Below the pieces are notes generated by a model. The model did not search any database. It was not told the origin of the DNA and was given only the letters and a program-made list of their open reading frames with translations. The position numbers were made by a program, and so were the translations under genes. From assembly GCF_050920415.1 (NCBI RefSeq), contig NZ_CP169309.1: DNA of 64,000 bases, one strand, 5' to 3'. Each line of letters opens with the position of its first letter. The first letter of the stretch is position 1. The DNA comes from Escherichia coli. Its GTDB lineage: Bacteria > Pseudomonadota > Gammaproteobacteria > Enterobacterales > Enterobacteriaceae. Of this stretch, positions 22,658 to 31,630 are shown piece after piece.

Positions 22658-22702
22658 GAGTGCTATCTCCGAATAGGGAATCGAACCTGCAAATCAGGCA
22701 AT

Positions 22703-22722
22703 AAAAAACCGCATTGATGCGG
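22703..22722 (-). terminator. intrinsic terminator at the end of the early-left operon, just upstream of torI
   Basis: Reverse strand: CCGCA-TCAA-TGCGG hairpin followed by TTTTTTAT. Confidence 0.5.
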
Positions 22723-22782
22723 CGATGGTAGGTCTGGATATCATTGAGAAATGAACAGGCCTCATCGAGTGTGAGGCTGTGG

Positions 22783-23127
22783 TTAGTCCTTGCGTAACTC
22801 GCTAATTCTTCTGTAAGTCTCTGGTGCTTTGTTTCCGTGTATCTTCATTTCAGACTTCAACAGAGCAACGAGGGAATCCCATTCGTTGAGGATGCCTTTG
22901 AATGCCGGAACGCGCTTTGCAACCTTGTTGAATGAATCTCTGATTTCTGGAATCTGCTCAACAAGTGCAACGCATCGTCTGAAATCGGCTGCGTCATGGG
23001 GAGCGCCGAAGCTATGACCATAGATATTCTTTTTCAGTCCACATGCGATTGAGGCAAGAGTTGCGCTACTGATGCCAACATCGCCAGTCGATTGCCATTT
23101 CAAAACCTTCATAGCCAAATCTGACAT
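22783..23127 (-). CDS. hypothetical early-left (ea-region) protein, 114 aa
   Basis: ORF in leftward operon; no family recognised. Confidence 0.45.
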   Translation of the reverse strand: MSDLAMKVLKWQSTGDVGISSATLASIACGLKKNIYGHSFGAPHDAADFRRCVALVEQIPEIRDSFNKVAKRVPAFKGILNEWDSLVALLKSEMKIHGNKAPETYRRISELRKD

Positions 23128-23227
23128 TTCTTGTCTCCATAAAACAAAACTCGCCGTAGCGAGTTCAGATAAAATAAATCCCCGCGAGTGCGAGGATTGT
23201 TATTCACCTTTAACGGCAAGTTGCAGG

Positions 23228-23896
23228 TTAGCCACGGTTTACCTCCTGAGGCGGTTCTGCTGCAAAATACGCAATACCTTTATCCCAGATGGATTTAATG
23301 GTCGTCCACGTGACTGGTACTTTAATTTCAATCCGCCCGCTACCGTCACAGGTATCGCAATCATCATCGCCAAAGCATTCCGGGCAGCTGATAAACGTAG
23401 TTTCTGAAAATTCACCGGATAGCGCACCCTTAGCGCCGTTCTCGGCTGTTAGTCTCTTCGGCACCATGACCCAACCATCCGGAGTTACCGGAGAGTTGCC
23501 CGACAGCTCGTTCAACTTGTAAGTTTGGCTTACAGGTTCGGCTTCCAGTTCTGCTATGCGTTTTTTTGCTGCTTCCAGCTCAACACGCAGCCTCCCAACC
23601 GTTAGTGCAATATTCTCGTTCTCCTGGTCGCGGTGTTTGATGTATTGCTGGTTTCTTTCCCGTTCATCCAGCAGCGCCTGCACTACTTCAGGGTTGAAAG
23701 CTGCGATATAACGAGCGTTGTTCTCTGCGTTTTTCTGTCCATCAAAGCCGGTCCATTTGATAACGTCTTCACATCGTTTATCACCGGGCGTATGCACCGC
23801 ATACGTACCAGTACCCGGTGAAATAAATGCGGACCATTCGCCTTGTGTTGCCTTTTTTGCTATCTCACGCAGTGCCTGATAGTCAATCTTGCTCAC
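23228..23896 (-). CDS. Ea22-like protein; start moved to GTG at 23896 preceded by AAGGAGG
   Basis: Coiled-coil middle, Cys-rich C-terminus; strong SD before GTG; longer ORF to 23989 overlaps the upstream gene. Confidence 0.45.
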   Translation of the reverse strand: MSKIDYQALREIAKKATQGEWSAFISPGTGTYAVHTPGDKRCEDVIKWTGFDGQKNAENNARYIAAFNPEVVQALLDERERNQQYIKHRDQENENIALTVGRLRVELEAAKKRIAELEAEPVSQTYKLNELSGNSPVTPDGWVMVPKRLTAENGAKGALSGEFSETTFISCPECFGDDDCDTCDGSGRIEIKVPVTWTTIKSIWDKGIAYFAAEPPQEVNRG

Positions 23897-24200
23897 TGGC
23901 TGCCTCCTTTGCTGGGCTTTCGAACTTCTGAGTGGTTGTATCAAACTCAAGCAACTTAACCACGTCATCAAACAGGACATAATCGCCATCAGAATCTTCA
24001 GTCATGTCAGCGCCACAATCCTGACCGAACGAGTCACAACCATCCATATCAAGCTCGTATCGCTTGAGTTTTGCGATATTTGATAAATTCAGCGCCAGTA
24101 CAGCAAGGTCATAAACCTCGTCAGCGGTATACCCGGCACCATGCCCATACATTTCAATGCGGGATATGATTTCTTCTACACGTTGTTTTGTGATCGTCAT
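23883..24200 (-). CDS. hypothetical acidic protein, 105 aa
   Basis: ORF translationally coupled to neighbours. Confidence 0.45.
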   Translation of the reverse strand: MTITKQRVEEIISRIEMYGHGAGYTADEVYDLAVLALNLSNIAKLKRYELDMDGCDSFGQDCGADMTEDSDGDYVLFDDVVKLLEFDTTTQKFESPAKEAASEQD

Positions 24201-24742
24201 TTTTGCTCACCTCCCTGTTCTTCCAGAAAAATACGCATAGCCTCAAGCATCTCTTCGGTGTCATACGGTGACAACTTGTCACGCAGGATGTGCTCAATGC
24301 TGTTAATGAACTTGCGGATTGCTTTGCGTTCAATTTCAGCCAGGAAAGCATCGGTGGCTGGGGTGTCTGATTGCAGAGACTTTGCGCGATAGTCATTCCA
24401 CCCTCTTGCATACATGGGATTAACTTGCACTCCATCTTTTACGCAATATGCCTGCCCTCCACGGTTGATAACATTGATTTCGTCCATAGCGCCAGCCTTC
24501 AGCCCCGCATTCTCCGCCGCCAGCGCCGAAAACTTCTCGTGTGCCAACTTAACAGCTGCATCAGCCTGCTTAATTGACTCAATCGCTTTCTGGTGGTCTT
24601 CGTACAGAGCCGAAATCTTGGCCTCCGCTTCAGCAAATTTACGCACCAGATATTCAGCGTTTGTTTCGTTAACCTTTAAATCTCGGGGGATGCATTTACC
24701 TTTCAGAAATCCATCCATCTCAATTAGTGACATTTGTTTCAT
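24197..24742 (-). CDS. hypothetical protein, 181 aa
   Basis: ORF in leftward operon. Confidence 0.45.
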   Translation of the reverse strand: MKQMSLIEMDGFLKGKCIPRDLKVNETNAEYLVRKFAEAEAKISALYEDHQKAIESIKQADAAVKLAHEKFSALAAENAGLKAGAMDEINVINRGGQAYCVKDGVQVNPMYARGWNDYRAKSLQSDTPATDAFLAEIERKAIRKFINSIEHILRDKLSPYDTEEMLEAMRIFLEEQGGEQK

Positions 24743-24903
24743 TTCTTCCCACTCCGCAACATCGCGTTCAGATATTTGTTTTGATTCACTGAAGGAAAAG
24801 AATTTCTCTTAAGCAATTCCTCTCTCGATGGCATTGGCTTTACGCGTTGGCGAATAATCATTTCTGCCGGAAGAATTCCGGGATTGTATGCAAGTCCTCT
24901 CAT
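24739..24903 (-). CDS. small hypothetical protein, 54 aa
   Basis: ATG preceded by AAGAGG; ATGA overlap with downstream gene; below ORF-track size cut-off. Confidence 0.3.
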   Translation of the reverse strand: MRGLAYNPGILPAEMIIRQRVKPMPSREELLKRNSFPSVNQNKYLNAMLRSGKK

Positions 24904-24919
24904 GGTAAATTCCTCTTTG

Positions 24920-25234
24920 TTAATTTATTCGTATGCCTGTTCTCTCTTCATCAAGTTTTTTTAGCTTGTATCGCATAGCTCTTACTGAATAAATTGAGCG
25001 GCAGGTTGCAATTGCTATTTCTTCTGCGGAGAACTTACCGAAAAGTGATACTTCGGCTCTTGTCCAGCGTCTTCCACGAAGTCGGCTAACAATGTCAGCT
25101 CCAATCCTTGTTGCTTTCGCCATTACTGCTTTTTCAGTCCTTTCCAGTTTTTCAGCGATAACTTCAACTGGCATTGTCGCCGCCACTTCGCGCAAGAAAT
25201 CGACTTCCCATTTCTCCCATGGAGTCTTTTTCAT
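24920..25234 (-). CDS. hypothetical protein, 104 aa
   Basis: ORF in leftward operon. Confidence 0.45.
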   Translation of the reverse strand: MKKTPWEKWEVDFLREVAATMPVEVIAEKLERTEKAVMAKATRIGADIVSRLRGRRWTRAEVSLFGKFSAEEIAIATCRSIYSVRAMRYKLKKLDEERTGIRIN

Positions 25235-25245
25235 AGGCGATACCG

Positions 25246-25734
25246 TTATTTGATAAGAAGTGAAGGTTTCCCAACTTTGAGTTGAGCGCCGGGGATATTT
25301 ATTCCTGCTTTTAGTTGGTGTTTGATTGCCAGTTTGTCGGCTTTAATTGTTGTTTCAAACTCAACGTATTCTGGAGGAAGGGCGCTTGAGTCGATGATTT
25401 CTACAGTTTCTGACGGTTTGCGGATTGTTACCTGGTGAATACCTGCTCGAATCTTTTTCTTTCCAACCATTTCAAGCGATGACGCTATATACGTCATAAT
25501 GCTATCAATCTTATTTTGAATTACTGCTGCTCTTTCATTCAGTGACTTTGCCTCTTCCTTGAGGCGTTCAGCATAACCAGACTCATTTTTAATAATGGCA
25601 AGAAGTTGCTCTATTTTATCGGTAAATTCTCCTTCCATGCCTTCTATTGTGTCAGCAATCATCTCTGGTTCTAAATCTGAATCCATCAATTTTGCGTATT
25701 CATTGGCAATTTCATACAGTTTGCTCACTGGCAA
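25246..25734 (-). CDS. Gp157-like protein (often found with RecT/Erf recombinases)
   Basis: 162 aa; position immediately downstream of recT-like gene; family call from memory. Confidence 0.4.
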   Translation of the reverse strand: MPVSKLYEIANEYAKLMDSDLEPEMIADTIEGMEGEFTDKIEQLLAIIKNESGYAERLKEEAKSLNERAAVIQNKIDSIMTYIASSLEMVGKKKIRAGIHQVTIRKPSETVEIIDSSALPPEYVEFETTIKADKLAIKHQLKAGINIPGAQLKVGKPSLLIK

Positions 25735-26623
25735 CCTCCAGTTTCGCTTTGCATTCTATGTAAATGGCTTGTACGTTCTGCTGCAATTTCATTCCAGATG
25801 TCAGGCGATATGCTTCTGCAAAATATCGCTTCAAATCATCCATGTTTTCTGCCTGAGCCATTTCATCGCAAAGAAGTTGTGCTTTATCCATTATTTCCTG
25901 CTGGCGTTTCCGTTCATCTTCGCGGATATCTTCCTCTGATTTGTGCGGCATAACTGGTTCAGTCCATACACCTTCTTCTTCGTTTAGTACGTGAATAGCA
26001 CTATCAAGACGTGATGCCTTAGGCCAATACTTGCTTGCACGCTTCACGACCGTCTTTCGCGCCATCTCATTCCAGTGATTTACCCATGGTCCTTTATCGC
26101 TGAATGCCGCCTTGCTTGTTTTCCTTACAGCCTCAATTTCAGCAATACTCATCTCTTCCGTTAGATAATCACCTGCCGGCGTCTTAACTGTGCAGTAAAC
26201 GCCAACGATATCACCACGATCACCGAAGGCGTTGTATTTATGGGTTGGTGCTTTATCAAGCCCGTTTGACTCATAGGTATCGTTAGCATGAACAAGTTTT
26301 GCCTGACCCCATGAGATAACACCAGACTCCATTGCAATATGGAGCAATCCCATATAGCTGATATCAAGGCAAACCATGCCGTCGCGCGGAACCAGATAAG
26401 CCAGTTTGCTGGCCGGGTTTAAGGTGATGCCGATCGCCGCAACATTGATGATGGCGTTCTGTGCGCTGGTTGGATTTGCCAGTGCTGTTTTAGCCAGGTA
26501 ATCATTTTTCTGGAAATACTGAATTGCAAACTGGCTTTCCTTAGCCCATGTCACCGTCTGTTCAGTCAATGCTCCGCAGAATAACTGCTCCTGCTGTTTA
26601 ACGAATTCAACGATATTGCTCAT
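25712..26623 (-). CDS. RecT-family single-strand annealing recombinase
   Basis: 303 aa; motif GPWVNHWNEMARKTVVKRASKYWP resembles RecT GPWVTHWEEMAKKTAIRRLFKYLP. Confidence 0.7.
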   Translation of the reverse strand: MSNIVEFVKQQEQLFCGALTEQTVTWAKESQFAIQYFQKNDYLAKTALANPTSAQNAIINVAAIGITLNPASKLAYLVPRDGMVCLDISYMGLLHIAMESGVISWGQAKLVHANDTYESNGLDKAPTHKYNAFGDRGDIVGVYCTVKTPAGDYLTEEMSIAEIEAVRKTSKAAFSDKGPWVNHWNEMARKTVVKRASKYWPKASRLDSAIHVLNEEEGVWTEPVMPHKSEEDIREDERKRQQEIMDKAQLLCDEMAQAENMDDLKRYFAEAYRLTSGMKLQQNVQAIYIECKAKLEVASEQTV

Positions 26624-26931
26624 GCAGCTTCTCCATAAATATGTCTGCGTTTGAATATTGCGAAGGCATATTCAGCCTTAACTCTTTCGGTTATTGCATC
26701 CCAGAACCATTCAGCGGCTTTTTCCTGATAGTTACAGTCATCATCTTCCAGCCAGTCGATAGCGTCCTTAGTATGTTCATCTGGTTTATATGAGCGAAGC
26801 ATTTCGCTTATTGGGTCGCAACGTTTGCAGAGGCGATCAACTTCACTGTTGATTCGTTCGTAATCTTCATCAGTAAAACTTGCGATTATTTGCGATATTT
26901 CACGCTTATCATTCAGAGTCAGAATCATCAT
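26620..26931 (-). CDS. hypothetical protein at the gam/arf position, 103 aa
   Basis: ORF between kil-like and recT-like genes. Confidence 0.4.
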   Translation of the reverse strand: MMILTLNDKREISQIIASFTDEDYERINSEVDRLCKRCDPISEMLRSYKPDEHTKDAIDWLEDDDCNYQEKAAEWFWDAITERVKAEYAFAIFKRRHIYGEAA

Positions 26932-27012
26932 CTTTCTCCTGTTCTTTGTGCTGATTGAGCATTTTGTTCATCTGACGAATGAATTCTTCGTCTGACCAGT
27001 TATCTGTAAAAC

Positions 27013-27165
27013 TCATTTCCTGCGATACCACGGAAGATTGATGGCTGATTTCATCGCTTTATTTGCTTCAAGCCACATTTTTGAATCACCAATAAATCTG
27101 GCTATTACTGCTTTGTTCTGTGCAGCACGAAGCATCTGGTGATTAATGGCTATTTCATTGCGCAT
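27013..27165 (-). CDS. kil: Kil-like small protein (candidate FtsZ inhibitor)
   Basis: 50-aa ORF with GGAGG SD; ARFIGDSKMWLEA resembles remembered lambda Kil motif; below ORF-track cut-off. Confidence 0.4.
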   Translation of the reverse strand: MRNEIAINHQMLRAAQNKAVIARFIGDSKMWLEANKAMKSAINLPWYRRK

Positions 27166-27284
27166 AACGCCTCCATTTGTTTCTTTGCTGCTCTGATTAA
27201 TTGTTTAACTCGGCGTGATAATTCAGATTCGTGCGGGTAGAAAGCGGACATGACGCCGCTACCCGCGAGCTGAAAGTGCATCAT
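27150..27284 (-). CDS. CIII-like small protein (candidate FtsH/HflB inhibitor)
   Basis: 44-aa ORF with AAGGAG SD; central ESELSRRVKQLIRAAKK resembles lambda CIII helix ESLLERITRKL. Confidence 0.35.
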   Translation of the reverse strand: MMHFQLAGSGVMSAFYPHESELSRRVKQLIRAAKKQMEALCAMK

Positions 27285-27374
27285 GGGTAACTCCTTATAT
27301 TTGATTGCATAACGAAAACGCCTCGAGTGAAGCGTTATTGGTATGCGGTAAAGCCGCCAACAGGCGGCTATTTG

Positions 27375-27608
27375 CTATTGATTCTTTTCAAGAACATCAA
27401 TGATGTCGTCCGGGTTGTCTCCGTTGTCTTCACAAAATGCTTCGAATTCAGCCCATTTCGCGCTGATAAAATCAATTACTCTCATTAATTCGTATTCCAT
27501 ATTTTTCTCCAGACCAAAAGAATGCCGCCCATATAGAGCGGCAAGACTATCAAGGAATGATTTCCAATAATCAGAACAAGTCGGCTCCTGTTTAGTTACG
27601 AGCGACAT
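27375..27608 (-). CDS. hypothetical acidic protein, 77 aa (ral/ea10 position)
   Basis: ORF between N-like and cIII-like genes. Confidence 0.4.
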   Translation of the reverse strand: MSLVTKQEPTCSDYWKSFLDSLAALYGRHSFGLEKNMEYELMRVIDFISAKWAEFEAFCEDNGDNPDDIIDVLEKNQ

Positions 27609-27769
27609 TGCTCCGTGTATTCACTCGTTGGAATGAATACACAGTGCAGTGTTTATTAGTATGCCTGTCTTTTAACCACATCAGGCTCGGTGGTTCTCGT
27701 GTACCCCTACAGCGAGAAATCGGATAAACTCTATTCACCCCCTACAGAGAGAATGATGGAGATTCACCG

Positions 27770-28309
27770 ATGAGTAACTGGTGGCAGGAACTGTTACGTT
27801 TCTTCCTGCGTGGTCTTACGCTACAACAGTTAATTCATATGCTTATTATTTTAATTGCCCTGATAATAATCACCCCAGCATCAATTAAAGAGTGGGTAGA
27901 TATAAGGAACCCCGAAATACTTCCAGATCACTGGATGTATTACGCAATGCTTTTGTGTATCAGTTATGTTCTGAACAGGGTGATGGAGTTTATATTTCTG
28001 GCATCTTCAGACAGATATAAAAAATATCTCAGTAAGAGAGATGAGGATAAAGTAATTGTGGAGACTGAGCGCCTGTTCAATTCTCTGAGTATTCAGGAAA
28101 AAGAGGTTTTAGCATTTGCTGTTATGGCAAATAACAAAATCGTACTTAAGCACGGCGATCCGGTCGCTTTATCTCTTATGAGAAAAGGCCTTCTCCATCG
28201 CTCAGGTGTGACTTACAGCGCGTCAGGTAAAGAGAAATTTGTTATACCTGACGTCTGGTTCCATGAGTGTTATATGCGCTTTGCTGGTAAAGCTGATGAG
28301 CTAATTTAG
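27770..28309 (+). CDS. sieB: SieB-like superinfection exclusion membrane protein
   Basis: 179 aa; two N-terminal TM helices; adjacent to N; family assignment from memory. Confidence 0.5.
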   Translation: MSNWWQELLRFFLRGLTLQQLIHMLIILIALIIITPASIKEWVDIRNPEILPDHWMYYAMLLCISYVLNRVMEFIFLASSDRYKKYLSKRDEDKVIVETERLFNSLSIQEKEVLAFAVMANNKIVLKHGDPVALSLMRKGLLHRSGVTYSASGKEKFVIPDVWFHECYMRFAGKADELI

Positions 28310-28330
28310 TTCCTCGACGGCGGGGTATCG

Positions 28331-28714
28331 TCATCTCGCCGTCAGTTGTTTTGATTTCCGGTAGCCTGCTGCGTAAAGAGCTACATTTGGAAGACATACA
28401 CCAGTTTCTGGTTGCTTATGTCCAAACTCATTCGCGTACACAATGGCCGCTCTCTCCAGATTGCGTCTGTATTCTTTCTGTTGCCAGATCACGTCCTGTG
28501 CCATGAACTTAATTGGCTTAGCGTCTTCTATGCGCTCAGGCGTTTCGTGAGTACCTTTAGCCTGAATCTGCGCTCTGCTTAGAGTAGGGCGGTGTAATAC
28601 TTCTGAACTTATTGCTTCTTCGCGGGCCAGTACGCCGTTAGCTAATGCCTTTGCCTTTAAACGCTCACGACGACGAGAACGTGAATTGCCTTTGAACTGA
28701 GTTCTGCGTGTCAT
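28331..28714 (-). CDS. N-like antitermination protein (P22 gp24 type)
   Basis: Arg-rich N-terminus RRTQFKGNSRSRRRER; C-terminus LPNVALYAAGYRKSKQLTAR; downstream of pL/nutL. Confidence 0.7.
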   Translation of the reverse strand: MTRRTQFKGNSRSRRRERLKAKALANGVLAREEAISSEVLHRPTLSRAQIQAKGTHETPERIEDAKPIKFMAQDVIWQQKEYRRNLERAAIVYANEFGHKQPETGVCLPNVALYAAGYRKSKQLTAR

Positions 28715-28879
28715 ATAGACCTCCTGATGAACTTTGGTGGTGTGGTAGGTGGGAGACCCATTTCGACCTGTTTCGGCCTACTTCAATTCGGCAATAGTCC
28801 CGCAGGCCTCGCCGCTTTACGTGCGACATATTCCCGTCCATGAACCCTTCACCACACCCCAAAGTTCACTTTGGTTATT

Positions 28880-28894
28880 GCGCTTTGTCAGCGC
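28880..28894 (-). promoter_or_regulatory. nutL boxB-like hairpin (reverse strand GCGCTGACAAAGCGC)
   Basis: 5-bp stem / 5-nt loop between pL and N; matches remembered P22-type boxB. Confidence 0.5.
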
Positions 28895-28962
28895 CGTAGA
28901 TTCATATTCGAATCGTTGTATATTCACCGCCCTGGTGAGTAGTGCGTCCTGCTGATGTGTTT

Positions 28963-29025
28963 AGTATCACCGCCAGTGGTATTTATGTCAACACCGCCAG
29001 AGATAATTTATCACCGCAGATGGTT
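28963..29025 (-). promoter_or_regulatory. pL promoter with OL1-OL2-OL3 operators
   Basis: TATCACCGCCAGTGGTA (28965-28981), CAACACCGCCAGAGATA (28989-29005), TATCACCGCAGATGGTT (29009-29025); reverse-strand -35 TTGACA and -10 GATACT. Confidence 0.75.
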
Positions 29026-29182
29026 ATCTGTATGTTTTTTATATAGATTTATTTTTTTGCAGGGGTGTGTGGCTTGGGAGGTGATCGAGAGATCTGAATT
29101 GCGATGTTTAGTGAGTTGTATCTATTAATTTTCAAATAAATACAATTGGTTATGTGTTATTGGGTGAAGGGGATCGTGAGGC

Positions 29183-29208
29183 AAAGAAAACCCGGCGCTG
29201 AGGCCGGG
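29183..29208 (-). terminator. intrinsic terminator ending the cI-orfA-orfB operon
   Basis: Reverse strand: CCCGGC-loop-GCCGGG hairpin followed by TTTTCTTT, 8 bp after orfB stop. Confidence 0.55.
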
Positions 29209-29215
29209 TTGTGTG

Positions 29216-29587
29216 TTACTTAAGAACGAGTCCGTTTAAGGCATCAAGGATTTTGGAAACATAACTTCCAAAAATGTAGGCGCAAAATGCGAACACGAAA
29301 CTGACAACGACCGCAGATGCCTTGATGGTGATTTTTGCTGAGCTAATGCTTGTCTCAATACCTGACAGACGAGAATCTACAGATTTTATATCTGACTTTA
29401 CTTCAGCGAGATCGCGCTTGATGTATTCAACATCAGACTCTAGCTTTGCAACTCTAGCCTCAAGCATGTTACCTCCGCCGTTTCCTCCACCATGCCGTGA
29501 GTATGCATCATCAGTGGAATAGTGTCCAATTGGGCGAGATATGTTTTGATTTGGACGAAGCTGAGCAACCTTGTTATCTAAACTCAT
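29216..29587 (-). CDS. rex-slot cassette gene B: small protein with Gly-rich segment, coiled coil and C-terminal TM helix
   Basis: 123 aa; GGGNGGGN, heptad-like LEARVAKLESDVEYIKRDLAEVKSDIKSVDSRL, hydrophobic AVVVSFVFAFCAYIFGSYV; overlaps gene A by 14 bp; resembles XhlA-type architecture from memory. Confidence 0.55.
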   Translation of the reverse strand: MSLDNKVAQLRPNQNISRPIGHYSTDDAYSRHGGGNGGGNMLEARVAKLESDVEYIKRDLAEVKSDIKSVDSRLSGIETSISSAKITIKASAVVVSFVFAFCAYIFGSYVSKILDALNGLVLK

Positions 29588-30011
29588 CGCGAACTGATCC
29601 TGTTATCTTCACGTCAAAAAACGAACTTTTTACATCAATTACTTCGCCTTTATCAGGATTAACCAGTGATGCTCTAACTTCGAATATCCCAGGCTTGATA
29701 ATTTTCACCCTTGGGAAGTTAATTCTCATAGAAGTTGATACGATGGTTTCTCCATCGTTGGCTTCTGCTACCGTAAAAAACTTATGGTTGGAGTACAGTT
29801 TTGTGTCAATTGGTATCGGTATTTCTTGAGCATTGAAAACCTCAATGCCTATGGAATATTTTTTTGTAGCCTTAAGGCCGATAAAAAAAGCGCCAAATGA
29901 TAGATCCACTTCATGGGAGTCTTTATCCATTTCATAGATAAGAACTGGAGTTACTGGGTTGCCTTCATCCATCGCAATCGGAATGATATAAGAAATACGT
30001 TCTTTAATCAT
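29574..30011 (-). CDS. rex-slot cassette gene A: hypothetical soluble protein, 145 aa
   Basis: ATG 7 nt after cI stop on same strand; AT-rich; no family recognised. Confidence 0.55.
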   Translation of the reverse strand: MIKERISYIIPIAMDEGNPVTPVLIYEMDKDSHEVDLSFGAFFIGLKATKKYSIGIEVFNAQEIPIPIDTKLYSNHKFFTVAEANDGETIVSTSMRINFPRVKIIKPGIFEVRASLVNPDKGEVIDVKSSFFDVKITGSVRDEFR

Positions 30012-30018
30012 TTACGTG

Positions 30019-30735
<717 letters not shown>

Positions 30736-30742
30736 TTAAATC

Positions 30743-30806
30743 TATCACCGCAAGGGATAAATATCTAACACCGTGCGTGTTGACTGTTTTACCTCTAGCG
30801 GTGATA
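30743..30806. promoter_or_regulatory. OR3-OR2-OR1 operators with pRM/pR
   Basis: TATCACCGCAAGGGATA, TAACACCGTGCGTGTTG, TACCTCTAGCGGTGATA; -35 TTGACT and -10 GATAAT for pR. Confidence 0.8.
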
Positions 30807-30832
30807 ATGGTTGCATGTACTAAGGAGGTTGT

Positions 30833-31033
30833 ATGGAACAACGCATAACCCTGAAAGATTATGCAATGCGCTTTGGGCAAACCAAGACAGCTAAAGATCT
30901 CGGTGTATATCAAAGCGCGATCAACAAGGCCATTCATTCAGGCCGAAATATTTTTTTAACTATAAACGCTGATGGAAGCGTTTATGCGGAAGAGGTAAAG
31001 CCCTTCCCAAGTAACAAAAAAACAACTGCATAA
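30833..31033 (+). CDS. cro: Cro repressor, lambda type
   Basis: 66 aa, near-identical to remembered lambda Cro. Confidence 0.9.
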   Translation: MEQRITLKDYAMRFGQTKTAKDLGVYQSAINKAIHSGRNIFLTINADGSVYAEEVKPFPSNKKTTA

Positions 31034-31171
31034 GTAACACCGCTATTTTCACAATGGACATTCGTCCTACGTCGCTGACAAAGCGAGTCCCAAGATATCT
31101 GACCAACTAAGGCCATATGCGTTTCCACGCATACCTTTCAACTAACTATTCACTATTGGAAATCTTAAGAA

Positions 31172-31468
31172 ATGGAACGAACAAGTTACAGCAAACTATC
31201 ACAGCGTGACGTTGATCGCGCAGAAACAGATTTACTCATCAACCTATCAACGCTTACCCAGCGCGGTCTGGCAAAGATGATTGGCTGTCATGAATCGAAG
31301 ATAAGCAGAACGGACTGGCGGTTTATTGCTTCGGTCTTGTGTGCTTTCGGAATGGCATCAGACATCAGTCCGATTAGCAGGGCTTTTAAGTATGCGCTTG
31401 ATGAAATCACCAATAAAAAACGCCCGGCGGCAACCGAGCGTTCTGATCAAATACAAATGGAATTTTAA
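31172..31468 (+). CDS. cII: CII-like transcriptional activator (mosaic)
   Basis: 98 aa; C-terminal TNKKRPAATERSDQIQMEF matches lambda CII, N-terminal ~75 aa diverge. Confidence 0.65.
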   Translation: MERTSYSKLSQRDVDRAETDLLINLSTLTQRGLAKMIGCHESKISRTDWRFIASVLCAFGMASDISPISRAFKYALDEITNKKRPAATERSDQIQMEF

Positions 31469-31630
31469 CAACATCCAACGAGGTAATTATATGCGAAAAA
31501 CGCAGGAAAATAAACGCGTTAATCACCGAAAAGATGTGCTACGTGACCAGTTTTATCAGGGGGTTAATCCAGCAATAGCTGTGCCACTGAGAGAAATACT
31601 TAACAGGTACAAAACTTCGGAGAAGTCAAA

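Noticed and set aside
22677-22692. Second independent att site, implying two tandem elements
   Set aside because: A 16-bp match cannot define a nested element, since both would span almost the same interval; treated instead as split tRNA homology around torI.
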